From Octopus sinensis (lineage: Eukaryota), in the NCBI RefSeq assembly GCF_006345805.1, contig NC_043014.1, positions 43,834,001 through 43,898,000 on the forward strand: 64,000 nt of DNA, given 5' to 3'. Made by a program: the position numbers and the translations under genes. Below the pieces are notes generated by a model that was not told the origin of the DNA, ran no database searches, and worked only from the letters and a program-made list of their open reading frames with translations. Below are positions 37,630-50,387 of this stretch, piece after piece (the first letter of the stretch is position 1; every line of letters begins with the position of its first letter).

Positions 37630-38402
37630 AGAAACTTTATGAAAGCCCCTTATATATGTGTGTGTGTGTCTTTGTGTTTGCCTCACTTCCATCGCTTGAC
37701 AACTGATGTTGGTTTGTTCATGTCTCTGTTACTTGGCAGTTCAGCAAAAGAGACCAATAGAATAAACATCAGATTTTATGAATAAATATCAAGGTCGGTT
37801 TGATTGGCTAAACCCTTCAAGATGGTACCCCAACAATGGCTGCTGTCCAATGACTGAAGCAAGTGAATGTTAAAAGCCAAAAAGAAAGATGGAAGTATTT
37901 TCCTCTCTTGTACTGGTTTCAGTCATTTGACCGCGGCCATGCTGGAGCACCGCCTTTAGTCAAGCAAATCGACCCCAGGACTTATTCTTTGGAAGCCTAG
38001 TACTTATTCTACTTATTCTTTTGCTGAACTGCTAAGTTATGGGGACGTAAACACAGCAGCATCAGTTGTCAAGCGATGGTGTGGGGGACAAACACAAACA
38101 CACACATACATACATACATATATATGACGGGCTTCTTTCAGTTTCCGTCTACCAAATCCACTCACAAGGCTTTTATATCTTATTAAGTCTTTCTGTCTAT
38201 CTTTCTTTTCTTATGTCATGCTAAATCTCCCTGTGACCTAAGCTAAGCTTACACATGACTATGGAGTACTCAGCCACTTGCATCTTAATTTCATGAGTGG
38301 GCTATTCCATTGATCAGATCAACTAGGGTACTCATTGTCATAACCAACGGATTGCCTGTTTTGCAATTTAGCTACTTTCAGATTCACCTTTTTCCACATT
38401 TC

Positions 38403-38440
<38 letters not shown>

Positions 38441-38616
38441 TAGTATGGGTGCACTTAACTCTGCTAATAGGTATATAAGATATGTGGCTTAGTGGTTAGA
38501 GTATTTGGCTTGTGATCGTAAGTTCATGAGTTCAATTCCTGGTGGCGCAGTGTGTCCTTGAGCATGACATTTTATTTCATTCTGCTCCAGTCCACTCACC
38601 TGGCAAAAATAATTAT

Positions 38617-38985
38617 GCACATGTGTGGATGTGTAGTAAGAAGCTTGCTTCCCAACCACATGGTTCCTGGTTCAGGCCTGCTGCGTGGCACCCTGGGCAA
38701 GTATCTTCTACTACTGCCTCAAGCTGACCAAAGTGTTGCGAGTGGATTTGAAAGTTGCCCGTCATGTGTGTGTGTCTGTGTCTGTGTCTGTGTTTGTATC
38801 CCTCCCCCATCCAATATTGGTGTGTTTATGTCCCCCGTAACTTAGAAGTTTGGCAAAAAGAGACCGATAGAAAAAGCACCAGGCTTACAAAGAATATGTC
38901 CTGGAGTCCATTTCTCTGACTAAAAGGTGGTGCTCCAGCATGGCCACAGTCAATGACTGAAACAAATAATAAAAGAATAAAAGTA
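38617..38985 (+). mobile_element. SINE family A
   Basis: Family A head, core and tail. Confidence 0.8.
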
Positions 38986-39209
38986 CCTGTATTTCAAAGG
39001 GCCAACCCTGTTACATTCTATGTCATGCTAAATCTCCCTGAGACCTAAGCTAAGCTTACCTGTGACTATGGAGTACTCAGCCACTTGCACCTTAATTTCA
39101 TGAGCGGGCTATTCCATTGATCAGATCAACTGGGGTACTTGTTGTCGTAACCAATGGAGTATCTCTTATAGGCGGATAAGGAGTACCAGAGTCTCAGTTA
39201 TTCTCTCTT

Positions 39210-39610
39210 TCTCTTTTACTTGTTTCAGTCATTTGACTGCGGCGATGCTGGAGCACCGCCTTTAATCGAGCAACTCGACCCCAGGACTTATTCGTTGTAA
39301 GCCCAGTACTTATTCTATCGGTCTCTTTTTTGCCGAACCGCTATGTGACAGGGACGTAAACACACCAGCATCGGTTGTCAAGCGATGGTGTGGGGGACAA
39401 ACACAGACACACAAACACACACATATATATATATATACATATATACGACAGGCTTCTTTCAGTTTCCGTCTACCAAATCCACTCACAAGGCATTGGTCGG
39501 CCCGGGGCTATAGCAGAAGACATTTGCCCAAGATGCCACGCAGTGGGACTGAACCCGGAACCATGTGGTTGGTTAGCAAGCTACTTACCACACAGCCACT
39601 CCTGCACCTA
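39210..39610 (-). mobile_element. SINE family A, full length
   Basis: Family A head, core and tail. Confidence 0.85.
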
Positions 39611-40089
39611 TAAGTTATGGGGATGTTCTTCGACAAAATGAAATAGCTTTGGTTGGATATACTGTTTTAATAAAATATATATGAAACATAATATTATTTG
39701 TTTAATGTAATGTAGATATACAAAAGATAAAGAAAAAAAATGTCTTGTATGATATAATATACTTAGTAGCTATCGAATTATTATGTTATAAATTCCACTG
39801 TACTTCAATATTATAATATTGTCATATGATATATATACACACATACACACACACATTTATATACACACACAAATATATATATTCTTTTATTCATTTATTT
39901 CTTTCAGTCATGTGATTGTAGCTATGCTGGAGCTCCACCCTTAGTGGAAGAAATTGACCCCAGGACTTATTCTTTATAAGCCTAGTACTTACTCTATCGG
40001 TCTCTTTTGTCAAGCCACTAAGTTACGAGGACATAAACACAAACAACATCGGTTGTCAAGCGATGGTGTGGGAACAATCATAAATAAAA

Positions 40090-40265
40090 TGTGACCGCGT
40101 GTGTACCGTTGGCGATTTTTTTTCCTCTGTCTTCCCTTCTCCTATGTTTCCGACGAAGAGCTCCGCTTGAAACGTTAAACCCTCCTTTCCTTCTTTCCTG
40201 AGCGTCCAAAAATACTATATTTGTTCGACGTCCTCGCGTTGTTGTGTTTTTTTTTGTTTTCTTGT
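40090..40265 (+). mobile_element. Penelope-like pseudo-LTR fragment (same family as 788-990)
   Basis: Shared GTGACCGC.TGTGTACC.TTGGCGATTTTTTT start and hammerhead motif. Confidence 0.6.
40146..40180 (+). ncRNA. Minimal type I hammerhead-ribozyme-like motif
   Basis: GUUU-CCGACGA-A-GAGC(UCC)GCUU-GAA-ACGU-U/AAAC: stem I GUUU/AAAC, 4-bp stem II, palindromic ACGU stem III. Confidence 0.6.
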
Positions 40266-40456
40266 TTGGATTAACTATATATATGTGTATATATATGTGA
40301 CAGGCTTATTTCAGTTTCCATTTATCAAATCCACTCACAAGACTTGGTCGGCCCAAGGTTAGAGTAGAAGACACTTGCCCAAGATGCCACACTCAGAAAC
40401 ATGTGGTTGGAAAGCATGCTGCTTCCTATCATACAGCCACACCTGTGCCTATATAT

Positions 40457-40487
<31 letters not shown>

Positions 40488-40839
40488 GCTTCTCCTTAAC
40501 TTACGAGCGAGTTCTGTTCCGACTGACAATTCATAAGTCTATCTGGTCATATGTCAGATTTATATTTTGCAACAATATTTTTATTCAGACTCAACTGGTG
40601 CTCGAAAGAGACTGAGTGAGAGACAGTGGCATGCAACGGATACCAAGGTCTGAGGGAGGCTGGCATTGCCAGATGCTGCCATAGTTGTTGTGCACACAGC
40701 TGCCCAAAGTCCCAAAATCAATTTTTCATTTATTTTTTATTTCCTTATTTTTGTGGCCACAAGTGCAGATGGTCAGAAGTCGAGGAGGTGTATGTGTGTG
40801 TATGTATGTATATATATATACATACATACACACACACCT

Positions 40840-41000
40840 CTATTTTTTCTCTCCTTGTTTTTTTTCTGTGTATCTTTGTCGAAGAGCGTAGGCTCGAAAC
40901 GTAAAAGACTTGTCCTATTTCTATTCCTGAGCGCCATACTAATACATTTGTTTGTCTGTACTCCACCTGCCTTCGTCTTTTGTTTATTTTCGTAAACCTT
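40840..41000 (+). mobile_element. Second Penelope-like pseudo-LTR family fragment
   Basis: Homologous to 43620-43775 and 36826-36905. Contains GAGC(GTAG)GCTC-GAAACGTA-AAAGA. Confidence 0.5.
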
Positions 41001-41398
41001 CCCGTTACATATATATATACACACTCACACACACACACACATGCACACACATATGATATAAGCATTACCTAAGGTGGTTGTACAGGTTGACCACTCCCTG
41101 CTAGTGCCTCTCACAACCTGTTGGATGGATGCATAAACCATGTGCACTAGGATTTATAGCAGAATGTTGAATGTGACAACTGTTCACTTGGAAGCATATA
41201 AACACCTCTATCATTACATAATAACAGAAAAAATAATATACATCAATGATAAAATACTAAAAGATTCAAATTTTGTATAGAAAAAATTTTATTAAAAAAT
41301 GTGTGTCTGTTTATCTTTCCCTCTCTAATGTGTATTTGTGTGTATATAATATATGTATATATATATATGTGTGTATATAATATATATATATATATATA

Positions 41399-41768
41399 TT
41401 GTGGCACTCTGACGGTCACGACAATGAGGGTTCCAGTTGATCGGACCAATGGAACAGCCTGCTCGTGAAATTAACGTGCAAATGGCTGAGCACTCCACAG
41501 ACAGGTGTACCTTTGATGTAGGTCTTGGAGAGACTCAGTGTGACACAGAGTGTGACAAGGCTGGTCCTTTGAAATACAGGTACAACAGAAACAGGAAGAA
41601 CGAGTGAGAGAAAGTTGTGGTGATAGAGTACAGCAGGGTTCGCCACCACCACCGCTGGCCAGAGCCTCATGGTCCTTTAAACACTCACAACGCTCAGTCT
41701 GGGAATCAAAACTGCAATCCTATGACTGCGAGTCTGCTGCCCTAACCACTGGGCCATTGTGTCTCTAC
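41399..41768 (-). mobile_element. SINE family C head with tail type 4
   Basis: Family C head joined to a GTACCTGTATTTCAAAGG...TTAATTTCACGAGCAGG tail, also seen at 38212-38352, 38985-39165 and 44080-44245. Confidence 0.8.
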
Positions 41769-41779
41769 TATATATTTAT

Positions 41780-41882
41780 ATATATGTGTGTATGTACATA
41801 TGTATACATATAAATATGTATATATATCATCATCATCATTATCATCATCATTTAGCGTCCGTTTTCCATGCTAGCATGGGTT

Positions 41883-41921
<39 letters not shown>

Positions 41922-41997
41922 CATAAATAATATGTAAATATATATATATATACATATATATATAAATATGTAAATATGTAAATATATATATATATAC

Positions 41998-42050
<53 letters not shown>

Positions 42051-42079
42051 ATATATATACACATATATATATACATATG

Positions 42080-42123
<44 letters not shown>

Positions 42124-42540
42124 GTATATATATACGTATATAAATATATATATAGATATAAAAGATTGGGCAGAGTGTGTTAGTTGTTTTTGAGTTAGCT
42201 AGAGACTGACGCAGATGTAGGGGTTGCAAAAGGTGTCATGGAGAAACTGAGAATATTTGAAGAAATGAAGACGCAAAGTAAATGTGTGAAAGGTGCCTTA
42301 AAGTGTGTTAGTCTGTGGAGAGATTAGCAGGAGCTGGGTGTTGGGTAGCTCCCAAATTAGCTACCGTTGTCAGGTATCATTCGTGTGCTCATGCTTGTAT
42401 GTGTGCATGTATGCAGATCTCTGTGTGTGTGTGTGGACATACACATCCATTATATATATCTACACACACACTCATACATCCATTATATACATGTATATAA
42501 TCACATTCAAATATATACATACATATGGTTAGATATGTCA

Positions 42541-42581
<41 letters not shown>

Positions 42582-42710
42582 CACATACTTACATATACAT
42601 AAAAAGATATATACACACATGCACATACAAATATGTGTGTGTTTGTGTGTGTGTATATATATATATACACACATGCAACACATGTATATATTTACATGCA
42701 TATGCATATA

Positions 42711-42775
<65 letters not shown>

Positions 42776-43401
42776 TTTAATCTGGTGTGTGTTGCATGCA
42801 TGTATATTTACAGGGGGTCTATGTGTATATAATTTTGTGTGTAGACATGCTTGTCTTTGCGTGTATGTATATTTTGGGATATATCCATATGTATATATAT
42901 ACCTACCTACATAAATACAGATTGACTTCAATAGACTGCGCTGGAGTGGGTTTTATCAGATTGGAGAAAAATCAATACGCAGCATAGCAAGTGTTCTGTT
43001 TTTGCTTAGAAATTCACTTACATATGTGTATACGTATTCTTTGGTCTGGTTATTAAAGCATGTTCTGGGGAATTTTCAGGAGACACACACACACACACAC
43101 ACATATCCTTGGATATATAAAACGTTTTCTAGCAGCAGTGGAACTATACTATCCATTGTGGAGAAGGAATTGGAAGTTTCAGTAAAATAACAGACAAACA
43201 AATGCGTGTACATACGCACACACACAGATGTATTTGGGTTAATGTTGGAAGAAGTAGGGGGTGTCTTGGCACCGTCTTGGTGTATATATGTATCTATATA
43301 AAATATAAATATCTAAAGGAATATCTGTGTGTGCGGTTGTGTAAGTGGATAAATATATAAATTTGAAATTGCATGTATAAAAGGCATATGTGTGCATGTG
43401 T

Positions 43402-43469
<68 letters not shown>

Positions 43470-43539
43470 TTTTTGTATGTGTGTGTATATATCTTTATAT
43501 ATATATATGTATATACATATATATAAATGAATCTATGTA

Positions 43540-43591
<52 letters not shown>

Positions 43592-43780
43592 TAGATAGAT
43601 ATATTGCTGGCCACTACACATTCTTTATTTTCTCTCCTTCTTTCTTTCTGTGTTCCTTTCTTTGGAAGTCCATAGGCTCGAAACATTAAAGACTTTTTCA
43701 CTTCCCGAGCATTATACTAATACATCTGTTTGTTGTCTACACTACCTGTCTTCGTCTTTTGTTTTTTTGCTAATTCTCCC

Positions 43781-43840
<60 letters not shown>

Positions 43841-43900
43841 ATATACATACATACATATATATGTATCTATATATATATATATGCATCTATGTATATATAC
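41780..43900. repeat. Cluster of (TA)n/(CA)n microsatellites separated by short unique stretches
   Basis: Direct inspection. Confidence 0.9.
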
Positions 43901-44688
43901 ACACACACAGACATATTGATCAACTTCATTACAACATCCAGTGGAAGCACGTGATTTAATGGTTAGAGTATTCAGCTTACAATTGTAATGTTGTCAGTTT
44001 GAATCCAAGCAGCTCACTGTGTCCTTGAGCAAGATTCTCTATTTTCCATCACTACAGTCTACTCAGCCACCAAAAATGGTTTGTACCTGTAATTCCAAAG
44101 GCCAGCCCTGCTACACTCTCTGTGTCATATTAAATCTCTCTGAGAAATATGTTATCGGTACACATGTCTGTGGAATGCTCAGCCACTTGCCCATGAATTT
44201 CATTTGGAGGTCATTCAGTTCATCGTACAAAACCAAACACTTATCATCATAATTGATGAAGAAGAAGGCCTAATAACATCTACCTTTTCCATGCTTGCAT
44301 GGGTCAGATGAGAACATTTTGTGATAGTTGCCAATGGCCCGATGCTGTTCCTGTTTTCAACCTCTATTTGTTTACAAGTGCCACTTCAGGTATTCACCTG
44401 AAAAGCAAGATAGAGCTGGAGAGGAGACACCTGTCTAGAACACCTGTCTAGAAGTATATATGAGAAAAGATGGAAGGATGTGGTAAGGAAGTTGGGAGTG
44501 AGTGTCCCTACTTAATCTACCATGAGGAAAGAAAATGCAAGGAAATCTAAATTTTTAAATCATATAAATCATCTATTTTAAGTTGATATATTTTTGTGTA
44601 AAAACAAAATGAACTGGAAAAAGCTCACTGAGTATTTCTTTACAATGTTTTGTATTGCCCTTTACTGTCCTTTTATATTAGATCTTAT

Positions 44689-44918
44689 ACGGTGAGTTGG
44701 CAGAAATGTTAGCACACTGGGCAAAATGCTTAGCGGTATTTCGTCTGCCGCTACGTTCTGAGTTCAAATTCCGCCGAGGTCCACTTTGCCTTTCATCCTT
44801 TCGTGGTCGATTAAATAAGTACCAGTTTCGCACTGGGGTCGATATTATTGACTGAATTTGTTTGTCTGTCCTTGTTTGTCCCCTCTATGTTTAGCCCTTT
44901 GTGGGCAGTAAAGAAATA
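44689..44918 (+). mobile_element. SINE family B with 15-bp TSD
   Basis: TATATTAGATCTTAT at 44674-44688 and 44919-44933. Confidence 0.9.
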
Positions 44919-46602
44919 TATATTAGATCTTATGATCATAATAAAGAAATCTCTATTTGTTTATAAGTGAGGTAAATAATCTCCATGACTATCAAGCAAC
45001 AAACAACCTGGACATGCTTCAGTCATTACCTGGAAACAAAACCTTACCATTTTATTTGCAAAGACCAGGCAACACGTGAAGATATGTCAAAGAGTTTGTT
45101 ATATGCTCTTTCTCTCATTGCAAGCGAATGACAGAGTTAGAAAGCCACTGTTTACAAACTAGCAAGCAAAACACTCATACACGTTAGCATCATCATCATC
45201 ATTATTTAATGTCGGTTTTCCAAGCTGCCATGTGTCGGATGGTTTTGACAGTAGCTAGCATGTGAGAGAACTGCATGGGCTCCGCTTTTAGCCTGGTTTC
45301 TATGCTTGAATGCCCTTCCTAATACCAAACACTTCAGAGAATGTACTGATTGCTTTTTACATGGAACCAGCAACAGTGGGGTCCCAAAGTAACAGGAGTG
45401 TGAAATTACTCAATCAAACACACACGCACATACATGCATGTATGGCAGGCTTCAGTCTAGTTTCCACCTATCGAATCCAAAACACTACAATATACAATAG
45501 CTTGTAGTTTTGTGGATCAGGGAGGAAAAAGGGGGTTTAGCAACTCATTATTGCTCAGCGCCGCTGTCACCACTCCCCTCTCCCATTCGCCCTGATTCAA
45601 CAAGACTCTGATCAATGGCACTCCAACCATAACCATTCCATCAAAAGGCTTGTTACACTGTCCAATAAGTCCTTTATTTTTTTTTTCATTTTTGCTAAAG
45701 CCTGTAGGATATAATTTTACGTGGCTATTTCTAGCAGATCAGACAACCACGTAAAGGCCCCTCTTGGTAGCCACGACTGTTGTTTTTGTAATTTTTGTTG
45801 TTGTTATTTAAATCTCTCGGTCTTCTATTCATTTGTTCAGTTCAGTCTGATTCGGTTCGGTCAATGCCTTCTTATTTATTCATTGATATTTCAAAGTTGA
45901 TTTAACGTTAATAACCACATTTGCATTTTTTTTCTTCCCTGGCTCAGTGTGTCTTTCTCTGTCCTGTCTCTAACCTTTTCTCCTCCCCCTCCTCTTCCCT
46001 TCCCCTCTCTGTTCTTCCTTCACTTCCTCCCCACCTTCCTTCCCTTTATTTTCTCTCTCTTTTTTTTTGTCCCACTTCTCTTTCCCTCTTTCTCTCTTAT
46101 AGCCTTTCCTCTTTCCTTTTGCGACCTCTTCCGTTTCACTCTCTCTCCTTATTTCTCTCTCTCACATAATCTAACTGCTCCTTTGTACTTCTTCCCCGTC
46201 ACCCCCAGCTAATAAGTCATGTGTTCATTTAGTTACACCACACTGACCCACACATACAAATAAATATACAAACCAGTAGAAGAGTCTCAATGTGGTCAAT
46301 CAACTTTCTAGAAGCTGCAGCCAAATCTCCCTCCGTCCCACCTCCTCTCATTTGAAAAAGAAATGCGATGACTAACTGGACAATGAAATGACCAATCATT
46401 TATCTTTCATCTTTTACTTGTTTCAGTCCATTAGACTGTCATCATGCTGGGGCACTGCTTTGACGAGATTGTAGCCAAACAGATCAACCCCCAGCACTTT
46501 TTGTTTTATTAAAACTGTACTTGTTAACACTTCCGATCTGTTAAGATCAGAAGCGCAAGAGCCACTGCCTGGTATTGCATCAGGGCAATTATCATCATCA
46601 TT

Positions 46603-46633
<31 letters not shown>

Positions 46634-46634
<1 letters not shown>

Positions 46635-46880
46635 ATGTGCCAGTGGCACGTAAAAAGCACCATCCGATCGTGGCCGTTTGCCAGCCTCGTCTGGCATGTA
46701 AAAAGCACCCACTACACTCATGGAGTGGTTGGCGTTAGGAAGGGCATCCAGACGTAGAAACATTGCCAGATCAGACTGGAGCCTGGTGCAGCCTTCTGGC
46801 TTCCCAGACCCCAGTTGAACCGTCCAACCCATGCTAGTATGGAAAGCGGACGCTAAACGATGATGATGATCATCATCATC
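46634..46880 (+). mobile_element. 5'-truncated RTE 3' UTR copy
   Basis: Matches the LINE 3' end and has a (GAT)n tail. Confidence 0.85.
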
Positions 46881-47011
46881 TGCATTGTTTTTGGTGTGTT
46901 CTATACTAGCTGTTCCAAGTCTCACCCAGGGGCTTAGGATTAACAGCGATATATTGTATTGAACAGGGACTAGATTTTGAGCACTAAAATCTTGATTAAT
47001 TTATATTTCAA

Positions 47012-47404
47012 CTAGCAGTATCGCCCGGCGTTGCTCGGGTTTGTTTCGACCCTTTAGAATTGGAATTTTTGAAAAGTAAAAATTTTGCATTATGTAACTT
47101 GTTATTCTCTTTGAGTGAACATTTTTCTGGTTGAAATACACCAAAAAATGGCAACACAGCAGTCAAAAAATCGTAAAACAATAGGGATTTTCATAGAAAA
47201 AAAGCACCTTTTTGATGTAAATAATTTTTGGTGTTAACATGGTCCGATTTGAATTTCATCTTCTACGGAATGAAGAGCAAACCTCCTTCTATCATACTCT
47301 CAATTTTGGTCAACTTGCACTGCAGGGTCTCGGAGGAGATAGTGTTAGTTGAAGGCTACCAAACCTGCCATACACAGACAACTTCAGCTTTATATATAGA
47401 GAGA
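47012..47404 (-). mobile_element. Non-autonomous Helitron
   Basis: On the minus strand: A|TC at the 5' end (47405|47404), hairpin CCCGAGCAACGCCGGG (47024-47039), CTAG|T at the 3' end (47012|47011). No TSD, AT target site. Confidence 0.85.
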
Positions 47405-47640
47405 TTTTGAAAGAGTTTTAACAGAGTCAGGTTATTTTCAGGTTGATAGTATTTACCTTAAAGACATGGGCAGTACCCATGAGAATAATTTCTTGTGTTT
47501 CTGATACTTTTCAGTTTCCTGGTATTTGGCCATAGAATATCATTATTGTTATTCAACTTGACTCAGAATTGGTCTTATTCCTAGTAGAATGTATATGGCT
47601 TCCGGTTTACTACCTGTGACCTTAGATATTCACATGATTT
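47405..47640 (-). pseudogene. R4/Dong-type LINE C-terminal relic
   Basis: IPGN*KVSETQEIILMGTAHVFK parallels IPGLPSLQEVQKIVLTGTSHILRR at 11835-12008. Confidence 0.6.
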
Positions 47641-47852
47641 CAAATAAAGCCATCAAGTGCTCAGAAACCCTTCTGGTGAATCTTTCGTGTTCTTAAGAGG
47701 CAAACCTTTTCTACAGGACATTCCATTCCACTCTCCCTCGTCCATTTGTCTACATCATCACTCACTGTCCCTAAGCTCCAATTATCACAAGGTACAACCT
47801 TTACAAGTTTTACCTTCCGAACTGGTACAACCTTTACAGATTTCATGTTCAC

Positions 47853-47923
47853 ATCATCATCACCATCATCATCATCACCACCACCACCACCATCATCATC
47901 ATCACCACCACCACCACCATCAT

Positions 47924-47985
<62 letters not shown>

Positions 47986-48005
47986 CCACCACCACCATCA
48001 TTATC

Positions 48006-48036
<31 letters not shown>

Positions 48037-48040
48037 CCAC

Positions 48041-48072
<32 letters not shown>

Positions 48073-48092
48073 CCACCACCACCATCATTATC

Positions 48093-48123
<31 letters not shown>

Positions 48124-48571
48124 CCACCATCATCATCATCATCATCATCATCATCACCACCACCACCATCATATCACCACAACACCATCATCATCATCAT
48201 CACCACCATCATCATCATTCATCATCACCACCACCACCACCATCATCATCATCACCACCACCACCATCATTTAACACCACCACCACATCATCATCATCAT
48301 CACCACCATCATCATCATCATCATCATCACCACCACCACCATCATCATCATCATCACCACCACCACCACTATCATCATCACCATCATCATCACCACCACC
48401 ATCATCATCAGCATCACCACCACCACCACCATCATCATCACCACCACCACCATCATCATCACCACCACCACCATCACCATCATCATCATCATCATCACCA
48501 CCATCACCATCATCATCATCATCATCACCACCATCATCATCATCACCACCACCATCATCATCATCACCACC

Positions 48572-48602
<31 letters not shown>

Positions 48603-48630
48603 CCACCACCATCATCATCATCATCATCAT
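47853..48630. repeat. ~780-bp (CAT/CAC)n array
   Basis: Direct inspection. Confidence 0.95.
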
Positions 48631-48784
48631 TCACCAAACATATTTATGCTTGTTCTTCAAGAACTCCCAACACCGTTTGTATAATGGTAGTTCCTGAAGA
48701 TTTCGGTTTGCGAAGTTCATGGCGATTTTGTAACACTGAGAAGCACACCTCCAGTCGTCTTCACGGTCTTATTGCTATTTTCAG

Positions 48785-48804
48785 AGAAAATTCTAGAAGT
48801 TTCT
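48785..48804. promoter_or_regulatory. Candidate heat-shock element, 4 alternating nGAAn units
   Basis: aGAAa-aTTCt-aGAAg-tTTCt is a perfect match to the HSF consensus; function untested. Confidence 0.45.
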
Positions 48805-48829
48805 CCAAATCGTGTCAGACTCTCATCTC

Positions 48830-49492
48830 TCCCCACTCTCCTCTTCCCTTCACTTTTCTCTCTCCCTCCTTCCCTCCCCCTCTCTACACTTCACTGTTCT
48901 TCCACTATCTTCTCCACTTGTTCTCCATCCAATCCTCTCTTTCTCACACCTTCCTTCTTCCTCCTCCCTTCCTCTCTCTCTCTCTTCCTCCTCCCCTCCC
49001 TCCCTTATCTTCCTACTCCCACTCCCATCTCTTTCCTCTCCTTCCCCCATTTCTCTCTTTTCCCCTAATTCCCCCATATCTATCTCTCTGTTCATATTCC
49101 TTGACCCCCATTTCTCTCTATCTCTCTTTATTGGCCGGTTACCTCTTTCTTGTCTCTATTCCCCCCTTTTCTCTCCCGGTTTCATCTTATTATGTATTGC
49201 TCTTTTCCACTCATTCCTCCTCTCCTCTATCTTCCTCTTCTCTCTCTATTCTGTCTTTCTCTCTCTCTTTGTCTTTCTCTCTTATTGTCTTTCTCTCTCT
49301 ATTTCTCTCTCTCTCTCTCTCTGTCTTTATCTCTCTCTGTATTTCTATATCTCTTGTATTTTTATCTCTCTGTCTTTCTCTCTCTCTCTATATCTCTCTT
49401 CTCTCTCTTAATCTCTCTCTCTCTCTCTCTTTCTCTTCCTTCTCTCTATCTCTCTTTCTCTCGCTTCTCTCTCTCTCTCTTTGTCTCTCTTT

Positions 49493-49549
<57 letters not shown>

Positions 49550-49560
49550 TCACACACACA
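48830..49560. repeat. Polypyrimidine (CT-rich) low-complexity tract
   Basis: Direct inspection. Confidence 0.9.
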
Positions 49561-50387
49561 CACACAATCTTCCCCACTCATCATTCTTCCTTCCTACATC
49601 TGTTAGCAATTCATAATTACAACCTTATTGTTGCTGCTAACTCTGCTGCTGCTGCTCTAATTATTTGCCCATTCATTCCTAGAAGATTATTACCAGCTGT
49701 TGCATAATGCGATTACTACATTACTCTACTATTTCTGTTTATTGTTTGTTTGTTTTCTTTTTGTTTTTTTTTCTTTAACTTTTTTCTAATTAGGTTATTG
49801 TAAAAAAACTACACGGGACACACAAAAACCTTAAAACTCTATTGAAATGTGAATTAAGACTTTTGTGCAGCTATTCTATCTGTGAATACAGTATATAAGT
49901 AAAGTGGGAATAAATTTAGACCAATGCTTCTCGGCCACGATCATCTATATGTCCCCTAGGGGTCGGTCCATGTAAGAATTGCTTGGGTTCATGCAAGCAA
50001 AATGCCGTTTTCACTGTTTTACTTGTTTCAGTCATTTGACTGTGGCCATGCTGGAGCACCGCCTTTTTTAGTAGAGCACATCGGCCCTCAGGACTTATTC
50101 TTTGTAAGCCTAGTACTTATTCTATCAGTCTCTTTTGCCGAACTGCTAAGTTATGAGGACGTAAACACACCAGCATTGGTTGTCAAGTGATGTTGGGGGG
50201 ACAAACACAGACACACAAACATATACACACACACACCACAAAGATTAATCAGCCGAAATTGCGAGTATGATCTGGTTCTTGACTGAAGATTAAAGGCTTC
50301 AAATGACCCATCCATGTTTTTTGTATCGTCTATCTGGATGTTTTGCGTTCTTGTCTCATTTTGTATTTTTTATATATATATATATAT

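Noticed and set aside
44375-44452. Cluster of CACCTG E-boxes
   Set aside because: Two of them come from a 13-bp tandem duplication, and hexamer clusters are expected by chance in 64 kb.
47460-47470. 11-nt match AAAGACATGGG to miR-71
   Set aside because: The mature 5' end does not match, there is no pre-miRNA-length hairpin, and it lies within an R4 LINE relic.
47657-48684. Poly-His/Pro/Ser ORFs suggesting a histidine-rich structural protein
   Set aside because: Pure (CAY)n microsatellite open in multiple frames, with none of the Gly/Ala-containing motifs of known His-rich cephalopod proteins.
49926-49936. GCTTCTCGGCC matching the U2 snRNA 5' end
   Set aside because: Only 11 nt; the flanking sequence does not continue as U2.
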